A DNA stretch of 64,000 nucleotides, from assembly GCF_009914755.1 (NCBI RefSeq), contig NC_060926.1; one strand, given 5' to 3'. Origin of the DNA: the human T2T-CHM13v2.0 reference genome, Homo sapiens. Numbering within the stretch: position 1 is the first letter of the stretch; each line of letters begins with the position of its first letter. The translations under genes were made by a program, and so were the position numbers. Shown here piece by piece: positions 51,101 through 62,700 of the stretch. A model generated the notes under the pieces. The model saw only the letters and a program-made list of their open reading frames with translations, did not search any database and was not told the DNA's origin.

Positions 51101-54100
51101 GATTGCGTTGGAAACGGGATTACATATAAAAAGCCGACAGCAGCATTCCCAGAAACTTCTTTGTGATATTTGCATTCAAGTCACGGACTTGAACATTCCC
51201 TTTCATAGAGCAGGTTTGAAACACTCTTTTTGTAGTATCTGGATGTGGACATTTGGAGCGCTTTCAGGCCTATGGTGAAAAAGGAAATATCTTCCCCTGC
51301 AAACTAGATAGAAGCATTCTCAGAAACTTATTTGTGATGTGCGCCCTCAACTAACAGTGTTGAACCTTTCTTTTGATAGAGCAGTTTTGAAACATTCTTT
51401 TTGTAAAATCTGCAAGAGCATATTTGCATAGCTTTGAGGATTTCGTTGGAAACGGGATTGTCTTCATATAGAATCTAGACAGAATCATTCTCAGAAGCTT
51501 CATTGGGATGTTTCAATTGAAGTCACAGTGTTGAACAGTCCCTTTCATAGAGCAGATTTGAAACACTCTTTTTGTAGTATCTGGAAGTGGACATTTGGAG
51601 CGTTCTCAGGACTACAGTGAAAAAGGAAATATCTTCCAATAAAAGCTAGATAGAAGCAATGTCAGAAAATTTTTCATGATGTATCTACTCAGCTAACAGA
51701 GTTGCACCTTTCTTTTGAGAGAGCAGTTTTGAAACCCTCTTTTTGTGGAATCTGCAAGTGGATATTTGTCTAGCTTTGAGGATTGCGTTGGAAACGGGAT
51801 TACATATAAAAAGCAGACAGCAGCATTCCCAGAAACTTCTTTGTGATATTTGCATTCAAGTCACAGACTTGAACATTCCCTTCCATAGAGGAGGTTTGAA
51901 ACACTCTTTTTGTAGTATCTGGATGTGGACATTTGGAGCGCTTTCAGGCCTATGGTGAAAAAGGAAATATCTTCCCCTGAAAACTAGACAGAAGCATTCT
52001 CAGAAACTTATTTGTGATGTGCGCCCTCAACTAACAGTGTTAAACCTATCTTTTGATAGAGTAGTTTTGAAACACTCTTTTTGTAACATCTGCAAGAGGA
52101 TATTTGGATAGCTTTGAGGATTTCGTTGGAAACGGGATTGTCTTCAAATTAACCCTAGACAGTAGCATTTTCAGAAGCTTCATTGGGATGTTTCAATTGA
52201 AGTCACAGTGTTGAACAGTCCCTTTCATAGAGCAGGTTTGAAACACTCTTTTTGCAGCATCTGGAAGTGGACATTTGGAGCGTTCCCAGGACTACGGTGA
52301 AAAAGGAAATATCTTCCAATAAAAGCTAGATAGAAGCAATGTCAGAAACTTTTTCATGATGTATCTACTCAGCTAAAAGAGTTGAACCTTTCTTTTGAGA
52401 GAGCAGTTTTGAAACACTATTTTTGTGGAATCTGCAAGTGGATATTTGTCTAGCTTTGAGGATTTCGTTGGAAACGGGATTACATATAAAAAGCAGACAG
52501 CAGCATTCCCAGAAAGTTCTTTGTGAAATTTGCATTCAAGTCACAGTCTTGAACATTCCCTTTCATAGAGCAGGTTTGAAACACTCTTTTTGTAGTATCT
52601 GGATGTGGACATTTGGAGCGCTTTCAGGCCTATGGTGAAAAAGGAAATATCTTCCCCTGTAAACTAGACAGAAGCATTCTCAGAAACTTATTTGTGATGT
52701 GTGCCCTCAACTAACAGTGTTGAACCTTTCTTTTGATAGAGCAGTTTTGAAACACTCTTTTGTAAAATCTGCAAGAGGATATTTGGATAGCTTTGTGGAT
52801 TTCGTTGGAAACGGGATTGTCTTCATATAGAATCTAGACAGAAGCATTCTCAGAAGCTTCATTGGGATGTTTCAATTGAAGTCACAGTGTTGAACAGTCC
52901 CTTTCATAGAGCAGGTTTGAAACACTCTTTTTGTCATATCTGGAAGTGGACATTTGGAGTGTTCTCAGGACTACAGTGAAAAAGGAAATATCTTCCAATA
53001 AAAGCTAGATAGAAGCAATGTCAGAAAATTTTTCATGATGTATCTACTCAGCTAACAGAGTTGAAACTTTCTTGTGAGAGAGCAGGTTGGAAACACTCTT
53101 TTTGTGGAATCTGCAAGTGGATATTTGTCTAGCTTTGAGGATTGCGTTTGAAACGGGATTACATATAAAAAGCAGACAGCAGCATTCCCAGAAACTTCTT
53201 TGTGATATTTGCATTCAAGTCACGGACTTGAACATTCCCTTTCATAGAGCATGTTTGAAACACTCTTTTTGTAGTATCTGGATGTGGACATTTGGAGCGC
53301 TTTCAGGCCTATGGTGAAAAAGGAAATATCTTCCCCTGAAAACTAGACAGAAGCATTCTCAGAAACTTATTTGTGATGTGTGCCCTCAACTAACAGTGTT
53401 GAACCTTTCTTTTGATAGAGCAGTTTTGAAACACTCTTTTTGTAAAATCTGCAAGAGGATATTTGCATAGATTTGAGGATTTCGTTGGAAACGGGATTTT
53501 CTTCATATAAAATCTAGACAGAAGCATTCTCAGAAGCTTCATTGGGATGTTTCAATTGAAGTCACAGTGTTGAACAGTCCCTTTCATACAGCAGGTTTGA
53601 AACACTCTTTTTGTAGTATCTGGAAGTGGACATTTGGAGCGTTCTCAGGACTACGGTGAAAAAGGAAATATCTTCCAATAAAAGCTAGATAGAAGCAATG
53701 TCAGAAAATTTTTCATGATGTATCTACTCAGCTAACAGAGTTGAACCTTTCTTTTGAGAGAGCCGTTTTGAAACACTCTTTTTGTGGAATCTGCAAGTGG
53801 ATATTTGTCCAGCTTTGAGGATTTCGTTGGAAACGGGATTACATATAAAAAGCAGACAGCAGCATTCCCAGAAACTTCTTTGTGATGTTTGCATTCAAGT
53901 GACAGAGTTGAACATTCCCTTTCATAGAGCAGGTTTGAAACACTCTTTTTGTAGTATCTGGATTTGTACATTTGGAGCGGTTTCAGGCCTATGGTGAAAA
54001 AGGAAATATCTTCCACTGAAAACTAGACAGAAGTATTCTCAGAAACTTATTTGTGATGTGTGCCCCCAACTAACAGTGTTGAAGCTTTCTTTTGATAGAG

Positions 54101-56765
54101 CAGTTTTGAAACATTCTTTTTGTAAAATCTGCAAGAGGATATTTGGATAGCTTTTAGGATTTCGTTGGAAACGGGATTGTCTTCATATTAACCCTAGACA
54201 GTAGCATTCTCAGAAGCTTCATTGGGATGTTTCAATTGAAGTCACAGTGTTGAACAGTTCCTTTCATAGAGCAGGTTTGAAACACTCTTTTTGTAGCATC
54301 TGGAAGTGGACATTTTGAGCGTTCTCAGCACTACGGTGCAAAAGGAAATATCTTCCAATAAAAGCTAGATAGAAGCAATATCAGAAACTTTTTCATGATG
54401 TATCTACTGAGCTAAAAGTGTTGAACCTTTCTTTTGAGAGAGCAGTTTTGAAACACTCTTTTTGTGGAATCTGCAAGTGGATATTTGTCTAGATTTGAGG
54501 ATTGCGTTGGAAACGGGATTACATATAAAAAGCAGACAGCAGCATTCCCAGAATGTTCTTTGTGAAATTTGCATTCAAGTCAAAGACTTGAACATTCCCT
54601 TTCATAGAGCAGGTTTGAAACACTCTTTTTGTAGTATCTGGATGTGGACATTTGGAGCGCTTTCAGGCCTATGGTGAAAAAGGAAATATCTTCCCCTGAA
54701 AACTAGACAGAAGCATTCTCAGAAACTTATTTGTGATGTGCGCCCTCAACTAACAGTGTTGAACCTTTCTTTTGAAAGAGCAGTTTTGAAACACTCTTTT
54801 TGTAAAATCTGCAAGAGGATATTTGGATAGCTTTGAGGATTTCGTTGGAAACGGGATTGTCTTCATATAGAATCTAGACAGAAGCATTCTCAGAAGCTTC
54901 ATTGGGATGTTTCAATTGAAGTCACAGTGTTGAACAGTCCCTTTCATAGAGCAGGTTTGAAACACTCTTTTTGTAGTATCTGGAAGTGGACATTTGGAGC
55001 GTTCTCAGGACTACAGTGGAAAAGGAAATATCTTCCAATAAAAGCTAGATAGAACCAATGTCAGAAAATTTTTTATGATGTATCTACTCAGCTAACAGAG
55101 TTGAACCTTTCTTTTGAGAGAGCAGTTTTGAAACACTCTTTGTGTGGAATCTGCAAGTGGATATTTGTCTAGGTTTGAGGATTGCGTTTGAAACGGGATT
55201 ACATATAAAAAGCAGACAGCAGCATTCCCAGAAACTTCTTGGTGATATTTGCATTTAAGTCACAGACTTGAACATTCCCTTTCATAGAGCAGGTTTGAAA
55301 CACTCTTTTTGTAGTATCTGGATGTGGACATTTGGAGCGCTTTCAGGCCTATGGTGAAAAAGGAAATATCTTCCCCTGAAAGCTAGACAGAAGCATTCTC
55401 AGAAACTTATTTGTGATGTGCTCCCTCAACTAACAGTGCTAAACCTTTCTATTGATAGAGTAGTTTTGAAACACTCTTTTTGTAAAATCTGCAAGAGGAT
55501 ATTTGGATAGCTTTGAGGATTTCGTTGGAAACGGGATTGTCTTCATATAAAATCTAGACAGAAGCATTCTCAGAAGCTTCATTGGGATGTTTCAATTGAA
55601 GTCACAGTGTTGAACAGTCCCTTTCATAGAGCAGGTTTGAAACACTCTTTTTGTAGTATCTGGAAGTGGACATTTGGAGCAGTCTCAGGACTACGGTGAA
55701 AAGGGAATTATCTTCCAATAAAAGCTAGATAGAAGCAATGTCAGAAACTTTTTCATGACGTATCTACTCAGCTAACAGAGTTGAACCTTTCTTTTGAGAG
55801 AGCAGTTTTGAAACACTCTTTTTGTGGAATCTGCAAGTGGATATTTGTCTAGCTTTGAGGATTTCGTTGGAAACGGGATTACATATAAAAAGCAGACAGC
55901 AGCATTCCCAAAAACTTCTTTGAGATGTTTGCATTCAAGTCCCAGAGTTGAACATTCCCTTTCATAGAGCAGGTTTGAAACACTCTTTTTGTAGTATCTG
56001 GATGTGGACATTTGGAGCGCTTTCAGGCCTATGGTGAAAAAGGAAATATCTTCCTCTGAAAACTAGACAGAAGCATTCTCAGAATCTTATTTGTGATGTG
56101 CGCACTCAACTAACAGTGTTGAAGCTTTCTTTTGATAGAGCAGTTTTGAAACACTCTTTTTGTAAAATCTGCAAGAGGATATTTGGATAGCTTTGAGGAT
56201 TTCGTTGGAAACGGGATTGTCTTCATATAAACTCTAGACAGAAGCATTCCCAGAAGCTTCATTGGGATGTTTCAATTGAAGTCACAGTGTTGAACAGTCC
56301 CTTTCATAGAGCATGTTTGAAACAATCTTTTTGTAGTATCTGGAAGTGGACATTTGGAGCGTTCTCAGGACTACGGTGAAAAAGGAAATATCTTCCAAAT
56401 AAAGCTAGATAGAAGCAATGTCAGAAAATTTTTCATGATGTTTCTACTCAGCTAACAGAGTTGAACCTTTCTTTTGAGAGAGCAGTTTTGAAACCCTCTT
56501 TTTGTGGAATCTGCAAGTGGATATTTGTCTACCTTTGAGGATTGCGTTTGAAACGGGATTACATATAAAAAGCAGACAGCAGCATTCCCAGAAAGTTCTT
56601 TGTGAAATTTGCATTCAAGTCACAGACTTGAACATTCCCTTTCATAGAGCAGGTTTGAAACTCTCTTTTTGTAGTATCTGAATGTGGACATTTGAAGCGC
56701 TTTCAGGCCTATGGTGAAAAAGGAAATATCTTCCCCTGAAAACTAGACAGAAGCATTCTCAGAAA

Positions 56766-59700
56766 CTTATTTGTGATGTGCGCCCTCAACTAACAGTGTT
56801 GAACCTTTCTTTTGATAGAGCAGTTTTGAAACACTCTTTTTGTAAAATCTGCAAGAGGATATTTGGATAGCTTTGAGGATTTCGTTGGAAACGGGATTGT
56901 CTTCATATAAAATCTAGACAGAAGCATTCTCAGAAGCTTCATTGGGATGTTTCAATTGAAGTCACAGTGTTGAACAGTCCCTTTCATAGAGCAGGTTTGA
57001 AACACTCTTTTTGTAGCATCTGGAAGTGGACATTTGGAGCGCTCTCAGGACTACGGTGAAAAAGGAAATATCTTCCAATAAAAGCTAGATAGAAGCAATG
57101 TCAGAAACTTTTTCATGATGTATCTACTCAGCTAACAGAGGTGAACCTTTCTTTTGAGAGAGCCGTTTTGAAACACTCTTTTTGTTGGATCTGCAGGTGG
57201 ATATTTGTCTAGGTTTGAGGATTTCGTTGGAAACGGGATTACATATAAAAAGCAGACAGCAGCATTCCCAGAAACTTCTTTGTGATGTTTGCATTCAAGT
57301 CACAGAGTTGAACATTCCCTTTCATAGAGCAGGTTTGAAACACTCTTTTTGTAGTATCTGGATGTGGACATTTGGAGCGCTCTCAGGCCTATGGTGAAAA
57401 AGGAAATATCTTCCCCTGCAAACTAGACAGAAGCATTCTCAGAAACTTATATGTGATGTGCGCCCTCAACTAACAATGTTGAACCTTTCTTTTGATAGAG
57501 TAGTTTTGAAACACTCTTTTTGTAAAATCTGCAAGAGGATATTTGGATAGCTTTGAGGATTTCGTTGGAAACGGGATTGTCTTCATATAAAATCTAGACA
57601 GTAGCATTCTGATAAGCTTCATAGGGATGTTTCAATTGAAGTCACAGTGTTGAACAGTCACTTTCATAGAGCAGGTTTGAAACACTCTTTTTGTAGCATC
57701 TGGAAGTGGACATTTGGAGCGCTCTCAGGACTACGGTGAAAAAGGAAATATCTTCCAATAAAAGCTAGATAGAAGAAATGTGAGAAAGTTTTTCATGATG
57801 TATCTACTCAGCTAAAAGAGTTGAACCTTTCTTTTGAGAGAGCAGTTTTGAAACACTCTTTTTGTGGAATCTGCAAGTGGATATTTGTCTAGCTTTGAGG
57901 ATTTCGTTGGAAACGGGATTACATATAAAAAGCAGACAGCAGCATTCCCAGAAACTTCTTTGTGATGTTTGCATTCAAGTCACAGAGTTGAACATTCCCT
58001 TTCATAGAGCAGGTTTGAAACACTCTTTTTGTAGTATCCGGATGTGGAGATTTGGAGCGCTTTCAGGCCTACGGTGAAAAAGGAAATATCTTCCCATGAA
58101 AACTAGACAGAAGCATTCTCAGAAACTTATTTGTGATGTGCGCCCTCAACTAACAGTATTAAACCATTCTTTTCATGGAGTAGTTTTGAAACACTCTTTT
58201 TGTAAAATCTGCAAGAGGATATTTGGATAGATTTGAGGATTTCGTTGGAAACGGGATTGTCTTCATATAGAATCTAGACAGAAGCATTCTCAGAAGCTTC
58301 ATTGGGATGTTTCAATTGAAGTCACAGTGTTGAACAGTCCCTTTCATAGAGCAGGTTTGAAACACTCTTTTTGTAGTATCTGGAAGTGGACATTTGGAGC
58401 GTTCTGAGGACTACAGTGAAAAAGGAAATATCTTCCAATAAAAGCTAGATAGAAGCAATGTCAGAAAATTTTTCATGATGTATCTACTCAGCTAACAGAG
58501 TTGAACCTTTCTTTTGAGAGAGCAGTTTTGAAACACTCTTTTTGTGGAATCTGCAAGTGGATATTTGTCTAGCTTTGAGGATTGCGATGGAAACGGGATT
58601 ACATATAAAAAGCAGACAGCAGCATTCCCAGAAACTTCTTTGTGATATTTGCATTCAAGTCACAGACTTGAACATTCCCTTTCATAGAGCAGGTTTGAAA
58701 CACTCTTTTTGTAGTATCTGGATGTGGACATTTGGAGCGCTTTCAGGCCTATGGTGAAAAAGGAAATATCTTCCCCTGAAAACTAGACAGAAGCATTCTC
58801 AGAAACTTATTTGTGATGTGCGCCCTCAACTAACAGTGTTAAACCTTTCTTTTTGTAGAGTAGTTTTGAAACACTCTTTTTGTAAAATCTGCAAGAGGAT
58901 ATTTGGATAGCTTTGAGGATTTCGTTGGAAACGGGATTGTCTTCATATTAACCCTAGACAGTAGCATTCTCAGAAGCTTCATTGGGATGTTTCAATTGAA
59001 GTCACAGTGTTGAACAGTCCCTTTCATAGAGCAGGTTTGAAACACTCTTTTTGTAGCATCTGGAAGTGGACATTTGGAGCGTTCTCAGGACTACGGTGAA
59101 AAAGGAAATATCTTCCAATAAAAGCTAGATAGAAGCAATGTCAGAAACTTTTTCATGATGTATCTACTCAGCTAAAAGTGTTGAACCTTTCTTTTGCGAG
59201 AGCAGTTTTGAAACACTATTTTTGAGGAATCTGCAAGTGGATATTTCTCTAGCTTTGAGGATTTCGTTGGAATCGGGATTACATATAAAAAGCAGACAGC
59301 AGCATTCCCAGAAACTTCTTTGTGATGTTTGCATTCAAGTCACAGAGTTGAACATTCCCTTTCATAGAGCAGGTTTGAAACACTCTTTTTGTAGTATCTG
59401 GATGTGGACATTTGGAGCGCTCTCAGGCCTATGGTGAAAAAGGAAATATCTTCCCCTGCAAACTAGACAGAAGCATTCTCAGAAACTTATTTGTGATGTG
59501 CGCCCTCAACTAACAATGTTGAACCTTTCTTTTGATAGAGTAGTTTTGAAACACTCTTTTTGTAAAATCTGCAAGAGGATATTTGGATAGCTTTGAGGAT
59601 TTCGTTGGAAACGGGATTGTCTTCATATAAACTCTAGAAAGTAGCATTCTGATAAGCTTCATTGGGATGTTTCAATTGAAGTCACAGTGTTGAACAGTCC

Positions 59701-62700
59701 CTTTCATAGAGCAGGTTTGAAACACTCTTTTTGTAGTATCTGGAAGTGGATATTTGGAGAGTTCTCAGGAATACGGTGAAAAAGGAATTATCTTCCAATA
59801 AAAGCTAGATAGAAGCAATGTCAGAAAATTGTTCATGATGTATTTACTCAGCTAACAGAGTTGAACTTTTCTTTTGAGAGAGCAGTTTTGAAACACTCTT
59901 TTTGTGGAATCTGCAAGTGGATATTTGTCTAGCTTTGAGGATTTCGTTGGAAACGGGATTACATATAAAAAGCAGACAGCAGCATTCCCAGAAACTTCTT
60001 TGTGATGTTTGCATTCAAGTCACAGAGTTGAACATTCCCTTTCATAGAGCAGGTTTGAAACACTCTTTTTGTAGTATCTGGATTTGGACATTTGGAGCCC
60101 TTTCAGGCCTATGGTGAAAAAGGAAATATCTTCCACTGAAAACTAGACAGAAGTATTCTCAGAAACTTATTTGTGATGTGCGCCCTCAACTAACAGTGTT
60201 GAAGCTTTCTATTGATAGAGCAGTTTTGAAACACTCTTTTTGTAAAATCTGCAAGAGGATATTTGGATAGCTTTGAGGATTTCGTTGGAAACGGGATTGT
60301 CTTCATATAAAATCTAGACAGAAGCATTCTCAGAAGCTTCATTGGGATGTTTCAATTGAAGTCACAGTGTTGAACAGTCCCTTTCATAGAGCAGGTTTGA
60401 AACACTCTTTTTGTAGTATCTGGAAGTGGACATTTGGAGCAGTCTCAGGACTACGGTGAAACGGGAATTATCTTCCAATAAAAGCTAGATAGAAGCAATG
60501 TCAGAAACTTTTTCATGACGTATCTACTCAGCTAACAGAGTTGAACCTTTCTTTTGAGAGAGCAGTTTTGAAACACTCTTTTTGTGGAATCTGCAAGTGG
60601 ATATTTGTCTAGCTTTGAGGATTTCGTTGGAAACGGGATTACATATAAAAAGCAGACAGCAGCATTCCCAAAAACTTCTTTGTGATGTTTGCATTCAAGT
60701 CCCAGAGTTGAACATTCCCTTTCATAGAGCAGGTTTGAAACACTCTTTTTGTAGTATCTGGATGTGGACATTTGGAGCGCTTTCAGGCCTATGGTGAAAA
60801 AGGAAATATCTTCCTCTGAAAACTAGACAGAAGCATTCTCAGAATCTTATTTGTGATGTGCGCACTCAACTAACAGTGTTGAAGCTTTCTTTTGATAGAG
60901 CAGTTTTGAAACACTCTTTTTGTAAAATCTGCAAGAGGATATTTGGATAGCTTTGAGGATTTCGTTGGAAACGGGATTGTCTTCATATAAACTCTAGACA
61001 GAAGCATTCCCAGAAGCTTCATTGGGATGTTTCAATTGAAGTCACAGTGTTGAACAGTCCCTTTCATAGAGCATGTTTGAAACACTCTTTTTGTAGTATC
61101 TGGAAGTGGACATTTGGAGCGCTCTCAGGACTACAGTGAAAAAGGAAATGTCTTCCAAATAAAGCTAGATAGAAGCAATGTCAAAAACATTTTCATGATG
61201 TATCTACTCAGCCAACAGAGTTGAACCTTTCTTTTGAGAGAGCAGTTTTGAAACAGTCTTTTTGTGGAATCTGCAAGTGGATATTTGTCTAGCTTTGAGG
61301 ATTTCGTTGGAAACGGGATTACATATAAAAAGCAGACAGCAGCATTCCCAGAAACTTCTTTGTGATGTTTGCATTCAAGTGATAGAGTTGAACATTCCCT
61401 TTCATAGAGCAGGTTTGAAACACTCTTTTTGTAGTATCTGGATGTGGACATTTGTAGCGCTTTCAGGCCTATGGTGAAAAAGGAAATATCTTCCCCTGAA
61501 AACTGGACAGAAGCATTCTCAGAATCTTATTTGTGATGTGCGCCCTCAACTAACAGTGTTGAACCTTTCTTTTGATAGAGCAGTTTTGAAACACTCTTTT
61601 TGTAAAATCTGCAAGAGGATATTTGGATAGCTTTGAGGATTTCGTTGGAAACGGGATTGTCTTCATATAAAATCTAGACAGAAGCATTCTCAGAAGCTTC
61701 ATTGGGATGTTTCAATTGAAGTCACAGTGTTGAACAGTCCCTTTCATAGAGCAGGTTTGAAACACTCTTTTTGTAGCATCTGGAAGTGGACATTTGGAGC
61801 GCTCTCAGGACTACGGTGAAAAAGGAAATATCTTCCAATAAAAGCTAGATAGAAGCAATGTCAGAAACTTTTTCATGATGTATCTACTCAGCTAACAGAG
61901 GTGAACCTTTCTTTTGAGAGAGCCGTTTTGAAACACTCTTTTTGTTGGATCTGCAGGTGGATATTTGTCTAGGTTTGAGGATTTCGTTGGAAACGGGATT
62001 ACATATAAAAAGCAGACAGCAGCATTCCCAGAAACTTCTTTGTGATGTTTGCATTCAAGTCACAGAGTTGAACATTCCCTTTCATAGAGCAGGTTTGAAA
62101 CACTCTTTTTGTAGTATCTGGATGTGGACATTTGGAGCGCTCTCAGGCCTATGGTGAAAAAGGAAATATCTTCCCCTGCAAACTAGACAGAAGCATTCTC
62201 AGAAACTTATATGTGATGTGCGCCCTCAACTAACAATGTTGAACCTTTCTTTTGATAGAGTAGTTTTGAAACACTCTTTTTGTAAAATCTGCAAGAGGAT
62301 ATTTGGATAGCTTTGAGGATTTCGTTGGAAACGGGATTGTCTTCATATAAAATCTAGACAGTAGCATTCTGATAAGCTTCATAGGGATGTTTCAATTGAA
62401 GTCACAGTGTTGAACAGTCACTTTCATAGAGCAGGTTTGAAACACTCTTTTTGTAGCATCTGGAAGTGGACATTTGGAGCGCTCTCAGGACTACGGTGAA
62501 AAAGGAAATATCTTCCAATAAAAGCTAGATAGAAGAAATGTGAGAAAGTTTTTCATGATGTATCTACTCAGCTAAAAGAGTTGAACCTTTCTTTTGAGAG
62601 AGCAGTTTTGAAACACTCTTTTTGTGGAATCTGCAAGTGGATATTTGTCTAGCTTTGAGGATTTCGTTGGAAACGGGATTACATATAAAAAGCAGACAGC

